A stretch of DNA of 64,000 bases, taken from the NCBI GenBank assembly GCA_964506245.1, contig CAZDKK010000014.1, forward strand, positions 21,792 through 85,791, read 5' to 3'. Each line of letters opens with the position of its first letter. Within the stretch, counting starts at the first letter, position 1. The notes below the pieces were generated by a model. It was not told the DNA's origin and made no database searches. It saw nothing but the letters and a program-made list of their open reading frames with translations. Shown here one piece after another: positions 44,193-53,808 of the stretch. This DNA is from an uncultured bacterium. GTDB taxonomy: Bacteria; Eisenbacteria; RBG-16-71-46; CAIMUX01; WJJG01. Position numbers and translations under genes: made by a program.

Positions 44193-45359
44193 ATGTCACC
44201 CATGTCCATTTCCCATCTCGCTTTCTCGTCTCTCGCTCGCGGTCCGCGGCGGTGGGGCGCCGGCGGTCTGCGGCCGATGACGACTCTCCTGATTCTCCTG
44301 GCGATCGCGCTCCCGGTCGGGACACCGGCGCCGCTGGCCCAAGAGGGCGAGGGGGAGGGCGCGGGCTGCGACCTGCTCGTCCAGCGCGCGCTCGAGTCCC
44401 TGATCAGCGACCGTTACCGCGAGGCCTTGACCTACGTCGAGCAGGCCTTTGGCGTCGCCCAGGCCGAGCCGGCCTGTCAGGCCCGCTGCCTCCAGACGCG
44501 CTCCTGCACATACCTGCGCATGGGTGAGCGGGAACAGGCGATCCAGTCGCTGTCGCAGCTCTTCGACATCAACCCCAACCCGCCCTACGACGGCCGCATG
44601 TTCCCGCCCGCGATGAACCGCCTCTTCCGCGCGGTGCGCGACTCGTTCATGCAAGCGGGCACGATGGACATCGGCACCGTCGCCGTGCTGGACTTCAAGG
44701 TCCTCAACCCCGGCAAGTATCGCTACCAGGACTACGACTACGACGCGCTCGGACAAGCGCTGCAGATGATCATCAGCACGGACATCATCGAGTCGACGAA
44801 TCTGTCGGTGGTGGACCGCACCAACATGAAGGACGTGCTGGCGGAGCTGCAGCTCAGCTCGAACGCCGATCTGACCAACCAGCAGAACCGCACCCGTCTG
44901 GGGCAGCTCCTGAACGCGCACGCCTTCGTCACCGGGCAGATCGCGTTGTTCAGCAAGGACCAGATCCGGATCGACATCCAGGTCATCCATGCGGCCACGA
45001 GCCGTGTTCTGGCCCGCCACTACGAGGGGCCATTCAGCGGCGACCCGCACAACCTGCTCGAGCTGCAGCGCGGGGTCCTCGCCGCGGTGACGGAGGCTTT
45101 GAACGAATTCCGCACCGAGGTGAAGTCGACCGACTTGCTGGCGCCCGATCCGATCTACTACGACAAGCTCGAGAAGTCGCGCCGTGCCGGCAAGCAGTAC
45201 ATGGAAACCTGGCTGCTGCAGGGGCAGGCGCTGGCCCTCGAGGACAAGCACGATCTGAAAGGCGCAATGAAGATCTGGGAGAAGGTGGCCAAGCTGGATC
45301 CCGACAACGAGGTCGCCCGCGCGCGCGTCTGGGCCATCAAATCCGAGATCGGGGGGTGA
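44193..45359 (+). CDS. Periplasmic protein with CsgG/LpoB/TolB-N-like domain (paralog 1 of 3)
   Basis: GGGAGG RBS 6 nt before ATG 44193; hydrophobic export segment LLILLAIALPVGTPAPLAQ. Core TVAVLDFKVLNPG...DALGQALQMIISTDIIESTNLSVVDRTNMKDVLAELQLSSNADL. Confidence 0.55.
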   Translation: MSPMSISHLAFSSLARGPRRWGAGGLRPMTTLLILLAIALPVGTPAPLAQEGEGEGAGCDLLVQRALESLISDRYREALTYVEQAFGVAQAEPACQARCLQTRSCTYLRMGEREQAIQSLSQLFDINPNPPYDGRMFPPAMNRLFRAVRDSFMQAGTMDIGTVAVLDFKVLNPGKYRYQDYDYDALGQALQMIISTDIIESTNLSVVDRTNMKDVLAELQLSSNADLTNQQNRTRLGQLLNAHAFVTGQIALFSKDQIRIDIQVIHAATSRVLARHYEGPFSGDPHNLLELQRGVLAAVTEALNEFRTEVKSTDLLAPDPIYYDKLEKSRRAGKQYMETWLLQGQALALEDKHDLKGAMKIWEKVAKLDPDNEVARARVWAIKSEIGG

Positions 45360-45372
45360 GGAGGTCGCGCGG

Positions 45373-46536
45373 GTGATGTTCCTCCATCGGCCGCGGTGCT
45401 GGGTGGGTGCGGTCCGCCCGGTTTCCCTCGCAGGGGTGCTCTGGGTTGCGTGCCTGGGGATCGCTTCGCCGCGCGCGGATGAACGGGGCGCGCCGCCGCC
45501 CGCGGACCTGTTCGACCTGGTGGCCGGTCACCGGCTCGATCAGCTTCTGGCCCTGGCCGGCGCGGAGCTGGATTCGGCGGAGATCCCGATCGCGCGCAAG
45601 CTCGACCTCCTGCGCGCGCTCGCCAGCGCGCACCTCGCCGAGGCCGAGGCGCGAGGTGATGCCGCCCACCGCGAGAGCGCCCGATCGGCGATGATCGCCA
45701 TGCTCAAGCTGGATCCACAGGCCGACTTCGTCCCCGGGTACCGTTTCCCGCCCCAGGTGCACGCACTCTTCCGCAAGGTCCGCGACGAATCGCGCGCGGG
45801 AGAGGAAATCGTGGCCGATCCGCGCCGCGTGGCGGTCGCTCCTTTCTACCTCGTCGACCTGGGCGCGAGCGGGCGGTTCGATTGGCGCGAGTACTGCGAA
45901 GCACTCACCTTCATGATCACGACCGATCTCGATCAGGTCCCCGGCCTGACCATCTTGTCACGCGAGCACATGGAGTCGATCCGGGGCGAGCTGGCGCTCT
46001 CGTCGCAGGCCGACTTGGTCTCGGCCGAGAATCGGATCCGCTTGCAGCGACTCCTGTCCGCCTCCTCGTTCGTCTACGGCGAGGTTCAGGCGCTGCCGGG
46101 TGACGAGATCTATCTTGAAGTGCGCTGGGTGCAGACCGAGTCAGGCGCGGTGCTCGCCGCGTATCACGATCGGGCGCGCATTCGCAAGGGGGCGGATCTC
46201 CTCGAACTCGAACACGGCGTGATCCTGGACGGGCTCCTCCCCGCCATGCTGGAGGGGCTCGGCCTCACGCGGGCGGGTGCGGGCGTCAGCGAGGTGCTGC
46301 AGCGCAAGCTGGCACAGGCAGCCAAGGGCGATACCTACTTGCACTACATCGCGGCCGTCGCCCGTGCGACCACGGCCGAGCAGTCGGGCGACATGGCCGA
46401 GGCCCTGCGGCAGTGGGGAGCTGCCAGCCGCGATTTGCCCGCAGACGCCGCCCCAGCCGAGCGCATTCGCGCGCTCAAGATGTTCTACGAGGGGGCGGAC
46501 AGCGACAGCTTGCTCAACCGTTCATCAGGAGGATGA
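45373..46536 (+). CDS. Periplasmic protein with CsgG/LpoB/TolB-N-like domain (paralog 2 of 3)
   Basis: Signal peptide. Core VAVAPFYLVDLGASGRF...CEALTFMITTDLDQVPGLTILSREHMESIRGELALSSQADL is collinear with paralog 1. Separated from its neighbours by 14 and 5 bp. Confidence 0.55.
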   Translation: MMFLHRPRCWVGAVRPVSLAGVLWVACLGIASPRADERGAPPPADLFDLVAGHRLDQLLALAGAELDSAEIPIARKLDLLRALASAHLAEAEARGDAAHRESARSAMIAMLKLDPQADFVPGYRFPPQVHALFRKVRDESRAGEEIVADPRRVAVAPFYLVDLGASGRFDWREYCEALTFMITTDLDQVPGLTILSREHMESIRGELALSSQADLVSAENRIRLQRLLSASSFVYGEVQALPGDEIYLEVRWVQTESGAVLAAYHDRARIRKGADLLELEHGVILDGLLPAMLEGLGLTRAGAGVSEVLQRKLAQAAKGDTYLHYIAAVARATTAEQSGDMAEALRQWGAASRDLPADAAPAERIRALKMFYEGADSDSLLNRSSGG

Positions 46537-46540
46537 TCGG

Positions 46541-47852
46541 CGTGAAAGCTCGTCTCATGGCGCGGCTCTGGCTGATATGGCTGATGCCGCTGGCAACGCT
46601 GGCGGGGTGCGCCGGGCGGGGTGCGTCGTTCGATCCCGCGGGGGGAAGCCGCGCGGCCTGGGTGGCTGAGTTGCCCGCGCTCGAGCAGGAAGCGGCCACC
46701 CGGCCGGACGACCCCGGTGCGCTCGGCCGCCTGGCGCTGGCCTACTTCATGGCCGATCGCTTCGAGGAGGCGGCCGCGACCGCGGCGCGCGCTCGCGAGG
46801 TCAACCCCCGCGACGGAACGGCGTGCTACGTCGAAGCGCTGCTCTTCGAGCGCGCGGGCGACTGGCGCCGGGCGGACGAGATCTACGCGGCGCGTGAGAC
46901 CCTGGCGCCGATCAGCGTCGAGCTCGAGCGGCTGATGCGCGCCCGCCACGAGATCGCCGCCCGCGAGATCATCCGGGCCGGGATCAAGGCCGACCTCGCC
47001 GCCGCCCACGGCCGCGCGCCCGAGGTCGAGCCCAACGCGCTCGTCGTGCGCCGGTTTCTGCCCGTCAGCGCCGCGCGCCGCGATTCGGTGCTCGCGGTGG
47101 GCATCACGCACTTCTTCACCCAGGCCTTCGCCGAGATCGACACCCTCACCGTGATCGACGAAACGCGGCGCCGGCTGCTCGAGGACGAGATCGCCCTCAG
47201 CTCGAGCGATGCGCTCGATCCGGGAGCGCGGCTCGTCGCGCGCACGATCGGCGCCGGCCTCGCGCTGGCGGGTCGTTCGGGCACCGACTTCCCCGACAGC
47301 GATCGCGTCGCCATCGTCTACCAGCTCGATGACCTCGCGCTGGAGCCGAAGAGCGAGTCTTGGCGCGGCACGCGTGAAATGGTGCGGATCGAGGCGCCCA
47401 CCCGCTACATCTTGACCGACGTGGGTCGCGAGGTCGTGCGCATCGCCCAGGAGCAGCTCCACCTGAGCCTGGCCCCGGCGGTGGCGGCACGGCTCGCCCA
47501 GCCGCCCACCAAGGCCTTCGCCGCCTTCATGGCCTACTCGGAGGGTCTGCTGGACGAGGGCCGCCGGGAGTACGGCAAGGCATTCGAGCGCTATCGCGAG
47601 GCGGCGCGCATCGACCCGGGCTTCGCGTGGGCTGGCGCGGCGGCCGAGCGCGTCGCGGGCGCGGGCGAACGCGGCGAGGCGCTGCCGCCGGCCGAGACGC
47701 CGCCTTCCGGGGAGGCCGGCGACCTCGAGCAGCAGGCCACGGAGATCGCCGGCCAGCAGGTTGACGATGTGCCCACGGGACACAACGAGCAGCCGAGCCC
47801 GCTGCCTCCGCTCGAGACCGAACGCGTGCGCATCGTCGTCCGGCCGCGGTAG
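46541..47852 (+). CDS. Lipoprotein with TPR-like N-region and CsgG/LpoB/TolB-N-like domain (paralog 3 of 3)
   Basis: GTG 46541 is 9 nt after AGGAGG (the ATG at 46533 abuts the RBS); lipobox LATLAGC. Core ALVVRRFLPVSAARRDSVLAVGITHFFTQAFAEIDTLTVIDETRRRLLEDEIALSSSDAL. Confidence 0.5.
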
Positions 47853-47864
47853 AAGGAGGGAGGC

Positions 47865-49061
47865 ATGCCGAGAGTCGCCGTCGCCGCGTTGATCGGCGTG
47901 ATCGTGGGCTGCGTCGCCATCCCGTTGATCGGCACGGTCGTGGGCAGCGCCGGGACAGCGGCTGCTGCGGAGGGAACAGCGGGCGCGGGCGTCGAGCTGC
48001 GATCGTGGACGGTCGACCTTCCCGGCGCCGACGCAACCTTCGAGCAGACGCTCGTCTCCACGCGCATCGAGGTTCCCCATTTGTGGGGCCCGCTCGCGCT
48101 GCGCGGCTACCTGCCCCTCGCCACGAGCCGCGACGACGAGCTCGACACCGAGATCAGCGGCGCGGGCGATGCCCAGGTGCGCCTGATGTGGCCTGCGTCC
48201 GGCACGGCCTGGACCCTCAGCCTCGGCGCCGATTTCCCGACCGGCCGGACCGGACTCACCACGACCGAGGCCCTGGTCGCCACCCGCATGCTCGGCAGCC
48301 GCGTGCTGGACTTCGGCCTCAAGCGCCCCGGCGAAGGCTTCGACCTGATGCTGGGGGCGTCCCGTGCAATCCGCGCCGGTCGCACCACGGTCGCCGGCGT
48401 CGCCTTGGCCGGTCACCTCAAGGGCGACTACGCGCTCTACGAGGAGGACGGCGTCGAGCACACGGCCTCGCCGGGCAATCGCATCCACGTCGCCCTCTCG
48501 TTGCTCGCCCGCGAGCATCCCGAGGATCCTGACTGGGACCTCGACCTGACGCTGGGCGGACAATGGGCCGGCGACTACACGCTCGAAGAACGCGGCGGAG
48601 AGATCACGGTCGCGGAGGGGGCGCTGGGGACGCTGGATGCCTCGTACAGACACCGCGTGGGCGAGGAAGGGCGACTCTCGCTCTCCGCGCACCTCCTCGC
48701 GCGCGACCACGACGAGCTCACCGGCGGCAGGGCGATCGAGACGGAGTTGCTCGGGCTCTCGACGCGCTGGGTGACGGCGCTGGGGTTGGGCTACGGGCGC
48801 CCCCTCGGCACCTGGGCCGATATCTCGGCCGGCGTGAGCTACGCCCTTTACTGCAACGACCCGGCAGGCGACCTCAACAGCGACGTGACCGCGCTCGATC
48901 TGGGGCTGCACCGCGCGCTCGGCGAAAACCTGCAGTTGAACGCCTCCGCCGAGTACGCCTTCGGAAACACGATGTGGAGCGAACTGGGCGGAGACGGTGC
49001 GGCGGACCGGCGCCCGCTGACAGGAACGACTCTGGGGATCGGCCTGGAGCTTGTCTTCTAG
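47865..49061 (+). CDS. Outer-membrane beta-barrel protein
   Basis: AAGGAGGGAGG RBS; signal peptide. Alternating hydrophobic beta-strand pattern; C-terminal ...LGIGLELVF with terminal Phe typical of OMPs. Confidence 0.55.
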   Translation: MPRVAVAALIGVIVGCVAIPLIGTVVGSAGTAAAAEGTAGAGVELRSWTVDLPGADATFEQTLVSTRIEVPHLWGPLALRGYLPLATSRDDELDTEISGAGDAQVRLMWPASGTAWTLSLGADFPTGRTGLTTTEALVATRMLGSRVLDFGLKRPGEGFDLMLGASRAIRAGRTTVAGVALAGHLKGDYALYEEDGVEHTASPGNRIHVALSLLAREHPEDPDWDLDLTLGGQWAGDYTLEERGGEITVAEGALGTLDASYRHRVGEEGRLSLSAHLLARDHDELTGGRAIETELLGLSTRWVTALGLGYGRPLGTWADISAGVSYALYCNDPAGDLNSDVTALDLGLHRALGENLQLNASAEYAFGNTMWSELGGDGAADRRPLTGTTLGIGLELVF

Positions 49062-49091
49062 GACGACCGCCCCGCCAGCAAGGTGAGACGC

Positions 49092-52000
49092 ATGATTGCG
49101 CACTTCACGCTCGCTCGTCGCGCGGGCCCGCGGGTTCTGTGGGCGGCGCGAATCGCGTTCTGCGTACTGGTCCTGGTTGGCCCCACCAGCTGCGATCGGG
49201 ACACGGCCACGGTTCCCCAGCACGTCCCCAATGGCGGCTTCGGCGTCGGCCTCTGGCTTCCGCCGGATGGCGCCTGGGATGGACAAGTGCAGGCCGCGCT
49301 GCAGGACTCCTCCCAAGTGTGGCTCTACCTGCTGGGCGCCGATCCCCCGTCCCGGTTCAGCGAGCGCCCGCACCCTGACAATCCAGCGCGGCCGCCCTAC
49401 GCCCGCGCGTCGGCGGGCTTGTCCGGCGACATCGTGCTCGAGATCGATCCGCTCGACCAAGCGACTTGGTGGCGCGTCTTCGTGCGTCGCGGCGGGCTGC
49501 TCGGCCAGACCACGTTCACCCTCGCGCCGGAGGATCGCGAGCACATCGCCAATCTGATGCTCGCGCCCGAGACGGCCGTGGAAGACGGCCTCGTGGTCTA
49601 CGCCGGCCTGCCGGTCGCCCAGGGCGGGTCGCCGCCCGACGCGAGCGGATCCCTCGACGCGGGGGTGACGCTGCTCTTCCCGGTGGCCGTCGAGAACCCC
49701 ACGGCGATCGACGGCCTGTCCTTCGCCTACGCCCTCGACCTCTCCGTCGAGAGCACCGTGTACGTCGATCCCGGCAGCAGGCTGTGTGCGGGCGGGGACA
49801 GCCTCGCCTATGTGTTCTTCGTGACGCCCCTCGATGCGCAAGGCGGATGCCGGCGATTCTCCCTCAGCCTGCGTCGCGCCGAGGGCCCAGGACTCGTTGC
49901 GCCTGTCGCCGCCGGCGCCGACGTTCTCTTCTACATCGCGGCCGCGGGCGACACCGCCGGCGCGAGCTTGTGTCTCGACCGCACCTCCGTGCGCTTCAAG
50001 GTGGGCGCCGAGGAAGACACGGTACCGGCCCATCGTGTCGTGGGACCGGCCGAGTGCGAGTATCCGGTCTGCGAGGCGGCCATCTCGAGCCCGATGTCGG
50101 GCGAAGTGCTGTGCGCCGGCGCGGCTGCGACCATCACCTGGACCACGAACGCCTGCTGCGGATCGACCGTGGGAATCGCCCTCCTCCACGACCGCGTGGT
50201 CTGCCGCACGATCGCGGCGACCACCGCCAATGACGGCGAGCACGTCTGGACCGTCACCGGCTGCGGGGAGGCGCAATCCGACTACCAGATCGCGCTCCTC
50301 GATGCGAGCCAGGCGATCATCGCGGCAACGACGGGCGGCTTCAGCATCGAGCCGGGCTGCCGCATCGCCGTGACCGCCCCAGCCGGCGGTGAGCGCTATA
50401 CCGAGGGCGAGAGCCGGATCCTGCAGTGGCAGCCGGGCGGGTGTTGCGGGGACGAAGTGCGACTCGAGCTGCTCAGCGAAGGCGAACCCTGCCTGACGAT
50501 CGCCGCTACCACCGAGAACGACGGCATGTTCTCCTGGACGGTGGCGCCCTGCAGTGAGATGTACAGCGCCTATCGGCTGCGCGTGACCGATCTCGAGACG
50601 CAGGCGATCGGAGAAAGCGGCCAGAACTTCTCCATCTTTCCAGCCTGCGCGCCAATCGTCGACTACCCCAACGGCGGCGAGACATTCTGCGTCGGACAAC
50701 CCGAGACGCTGACCTGGATGGGCTTCGGATGTCAGGGTCCCATGCGGGTCGAGCTGCTGCGGGACGGCGAGTCGTGCCTCACCATCGCAGAGGATGCGCC
50801 CAACACCGGGAGCTACGAGTGGACCCCGGTGCCCTGCGAGCAGGGCGCCGGGGAATACTCGCTGCGGATCGCAGACCAACAGACCGGCGCCGCCGACACG
50901 AGCGCCGCGCCCTTCACGATCGCGCCGGCTTGCTCGCTTGGTGTCACAAGCCCGACCGCAGGCCAGGGTTTCTGCCCGGGGGATCCGGTCACGATCACCT
51001 GGACCGTCGCGACCTGCTGCGGGCCGTCTGTGGGTATCGAGCTGCTGCACAACGGTGTGAGCTGCCTGACGATTGTAGACAGCACGCCGAACAACGGGTC
51101 CTACGCCTGGATCGCTGAGCCATGCGAAGGCACAACCGGCGCGGCCCCGGCGTACAGCATCCGGGTCACCGACCCCGAGACGGAGGCGACAGGCACGAGC
51201 CCGGGGTTGTTCACGATCGGCACCTGCGAGCCGGCGATCACTGGTCCCGCCCCGGGCGCGGAGTTGTGCTTGGGCAGCACCGTGGAGGTGACCTGGACGG
51301 CCGCCGAGTGCTGCGGCGAGCTGGTGCGCGTGGAACTGCTGTGCGACGGCCTTGCTTGCGGGGTGATCGCCGATTCGACCGCCAACGACGGGTCGCTCCT
51401 GTGGACCGTGGGCGAACCCGGCTCTGCGGGTGTCAACTTCGGACTGCGGGTGACCGACCTGGAGAGCGGCAACTCCGGCACGGTCGCGCCCTTCGGGATC
51501 GCTCCGAGCTGCGCCATCGTGGTGACCGGCCCCACCGTGCAAGACGAGGTCTGCGAGGGCGCCCCGATCGAGGTGACCTGGACTGCGTCGAGCTGCTGTG
51601 CATCCCAGGTGAGCATCGAGCTCCTGCTCCTGGGGGATCCCTGCCTGACGATCGCTGCATCCACCGAGAACAACGGCCTCTACCTCTGGACGCCCGAGCG
51701 CTGCGACGGGGCGACCGAGGGCTACACGATCCGCGTCGCCGAGATCGGCGGGCAGATCGCCGGCGAGACCCCCGCGGCCTTCACCATCGGCCCGCCGTGC
51801 GCGATCGCGATCACCAGCCCCACCCCCCAGGCCACGCTGTGCGAGGGCGACCAGCTCGACATCACCTGGTCGGCCAGTGCCTGCTGCGGCGACCTCACGC
51901 GGATCGAGCTCCTGCTCAACGGCACGGTCTGCGAAACGATCGCGACCGTGCTCCAGGGCAGCTCCTATGCGTGGACCGTCGCCGCCTGCGGATCGCCCAC

Positions 52001-53231
52001 CGACAACCACGGCGTGCGCGTCACCAACGTCTCCACCGGGCAATCGGACGAGGTCACGGGCCTGACGATCCACCCGGCCTGCGCCCTGGATCTGACCTAT
52101 CCGGACGGCGGTGAGACGCTGTGCGCCGGAGAGACGGTCGAGATCCTGTGGACTTATGGCGCCTGCTGCGGCCGCACCGTTGCGATCGATTTGCTGCGCG
52201 ACGGCATTTCCTGCCGCAGCATCGCGACAGCGGCGGCCAACACAGGCCACTACGCGTGGACCGTCGGCGGCTGCGGGACCGCAACCCAGGGGTACCAGGT
52301 CCGCGTCCGGGACCTCTCCACCATGACGGAGGCGACGAGCGCCGTGACCTTCTCGGTCGAGGCCGAGTGCGCCATCACCATCACCAGCCCGGGCTACGGC
52401 GACGAATATTGCGCCGGCGATTTGGTCGACATCGAGTGGCTGGCCTCGTCCTGCTGCCCCGACACCTTCACGGTCGAACAGCTTTGCGACGGCGCGGTCT
52501 GCGCAACGATCGCCGTCGGGGTCACCGGCTCGTCGTACGCCTGGGAAGCGAGCATCCCCCCGGGCAGCCTGGGCAGCTACACGATCCGCGTCCGCGGCGG
52601 GGACTACGCCGGTGAAAGCGACGTCTTCACCGTCAGCGACGAATGCATCGTGTACATCAACTATCCCAACGGGGAGGAGGAGCTGTGCGAGGGTGATCCG
52701 ATCACGATCACGTGGGGTCACGAGCTGTGCTGCGGATCGTCCGTCGGAATCGCGCTCCTGCGCGAGGGGGTGGTAGTGGATGTCATCGCCTCGTCGACCG
52801 CCAACGACGGCTCGCACCCCTGGACACCGGAGCGGTTCAACTCGAGCTCGGTGGGCTACCAGATCCAGATCACGGACTTGCAGACCGGCGTCGTGGATCT
52901 GTCGGATGCCATGTTCCGCATCAACCCCGAGTGCTACATCGACGCCAACGCGCCGAACGGTGGTATGTACTATCCTGAAGAGCCGGTCACCATCGCGTGG
53001 GACTACAGCCCCTGTTGCGAGGGTCCGGTTCGCATCGAGCTGCTTCTCGAGAGCGAACCCTGCGCACCGCCCCTCGTGATCGCGGCGTCGACGCCAAACG
53101 ACGGCCTCTATACTTGGCCCGCCGTGCCATGCGGGAGCGAGCCGTTCCCCTACACGGTGCTCATCACGCACCTTGGCACCGGGGTCTCTAGCACGACGCG
53201 GGAACCCTTCTGGATCACGCTGGAGGACTGA
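49092..53231 (+). CDS. Giant cell-surface protein with 11 tandem Kre9/KNH-like (Ig-fold) Cys-containing repeats
   Basis: N-terminal signal/anchor. Eleven repeats of ~95 aa share [IV]TW.......CCG..V.[IV]ELL.DG..C.TIA.ST.NDG.Y.WT...C....Y.[IL]RVTD. No T9SS CTD at the end. The GTG at 49083 is the track start; the ATG at 49092 is preferred. Confidence 0.7.
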   Translation: MIAHFTLARRAGPRVLWAARIAFCVLVLVGPTSCDRDTATVPQHVPNGGFGVGLWLPPDGAWDGQVQAALQDSSQVWLYLLGADPPSRFSERPHPDNPARPPYARASAGLSGDIVLEIDPLDQATWWRVFVRRGGLLGQTTFTLAPEDREHIANLMLAPETAVEDGLVVYAGLPVAQGGSPPDASGSLDAGVTLLFPVAVENPTAIDGLSFAYALDLSVESTVYVDPGSRLCAGGDSLAYVFFVTPLDAQGGCRRFSLSLRRAEGPGLVAPVAAGADVLFYIAAAGDTAGASLCLDRTSVRFKVGAEEDTVPAHRVVGPAECEYPVCEAAISSPMSGEVLCAGAAATITWTTNACCGSTVGIALLHDRVVCRTIAATTANDGEHVWTVTGCGEAQSDYQIALLDASQAIIAATTGGFSIEPGCRIAVTAPAGGERYTEGESRILQWQPGGCCGDEVRLELLSEGEPCLTIAATTENDGMFSWTVAPCSEMYSAYRLRVTDLETQAIGESGQNFSIFPACAPIVDYPNGGETFCVGQPETLTWMGFGCQGPMRVELLRDGESCLTIAEDAPNTGSYEWTPVPCEQGAGEYSLRIADQQTGAADTSAAPFTIAPACSLGVTSPTAGQGFCPGDPVTITWTVATCCGPSVGIELLHNGVSCLTIVDSTPNNGSYAWIAEPCEGTTGAAPAYSIRVTDPETEATGTSPGLFTIGTCEPAITGPAPGAELCLGSTVEVTWTAAECCGELVRVELLCDGLACGVIADSTANDGSLLWTVGEPGSAGVNFGLRVTDLESGNSGTVAPFGIAPSCAIVVTGPTVQDEVCEGAPIEVTWTASSCCASQVSIELLLLGDPCLTIAASTENNGLYLWTPERCDGATEGYTIRVAEIGGQIAGETPAAFTIGPPCAIAITSPTPQATLCEGDQLDITWSASACCGDLTRIELLLNGTVCETIATVLQGSSYAWTVAACGSPTDNHGVRVTNVSTGQSDEVTGLTIHPACALDLTYPDGGETLCAGETVEILWTYGACCGRTVAIDLLRDGISCRSIATAAANTGHYAWTVGGCGTATQGYQVRVRDLSTMTEATSAVTFSVEAECAITITSPGYGDEYCAGDLVDIEWLASSCCPDTFTVEQLCDGAVCATIAVGVTGSSYAWEASIPPGSLGSYTIRVRGGDYAGESDVFTVSDECIVYINYPNGEEELCEGDPITITWGHELCCGSSVGIALLREGVVVDVIASSTANDGSHPWTPERFNSSSVGYQIQITDLQTGVVDLSDAMFRINPECYIDANAPNGGMYYPEEPVTIAWDYSPCCEGPVRIELLLESEPCAPPLVIAASTPNDGLYTWPAVPCGSEPFPYTVLITHLGTGVSSTTREPFWITLED

Positions 53232-53260
53232 AGGCGGGACCTCCTGGCCCGTGCAACGGC

Positions 53261-53794
53261 TCACCCCTCCGCCGGCACCTGCCGCGTCTCCTTCACCTCC
53301 AGGAAGAACCGCTCTCCCGCCTGGAGACCGCCGGCGCCCCCCTTGATGAAAGGTCCGATCAGTATCAGCGTGAGCACGATCGATGTGAACGTGCGCGACT
53401 TGCCCTTGAACGCCTGGCGGCCTTTGATCGCCACCGGGACCTGATCCCCGCCCACCTCGATCCAACCGTCCGTGAAGACGACCTGGCCGGCTTTGCCGAA
53501 CATCCCGTTCCCTTTGGCCTCTGCGACCACGAGCACGCCCTCGGTCCCAGCCGGGACCGCCACCTGCTCGTGCACCACCACGTCACTGACGACGCGGAAA
53601 TGCACCTGGCCCTCGGCCTCGACGCGGCCACCGGTGGCATCGTCGATCATCTCGGCCTCGATCTCGCAACCCTCGCGCAGCGTGACCATCGTCTGGGCGG
53701 CAGCGGTGAGCAGCGGCAGCGGGAGCTGTCCGATGATCAGCGCGCCCATGAGGACCATCACCAACCCTCTGCGCAGGTTCTTCGCGCGAAGCAT
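53261..53794 (-). CDS. Hypothetical small membrane-associated protein
   Basis: Internal ATG 53794 with AAGGAGG RBS; N-terminal signal/TM, beta-rich middle, C-terminal hydrophobic segment SIVLTLILIGPF; last gene of the minus-strand operon. Confidence 0.4.
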   Translation of the reverse strand: MLRAKNLRRGLVMVLMGALIIGQLPLPLLTAAAQTMVTLREGCEIEAEMIDDATGGRVEAEGQVHFRVVSDVVVHEQVAVPAGTEGVLVVAEAKGNGMFGKAGQVVFTDGWIEVGGDQVPVAIKGRQAFKGKSRTFTSIVLTLILIGPFIKGGAGGLQAGERFFLEVKETRQVPAEG

Positions 53795-53808
53795 GGGAGA
53801 CCTCCTCC

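Noticed and set aside
46485-53465. 2326-aa minus-strand ORF, plus other very long antisense ORFs (23105..26068+, 36475..39447+, 34188..36068+, 60130..62085-, 10727..12460+, 4847..6433-)
   Set aside because: These are Arg/Gly/Ala/Pro-rich translations antisense to well-supported genes. They are typical stop-codon-poor artefacts of ~70% GC DNA and carry no motifs.
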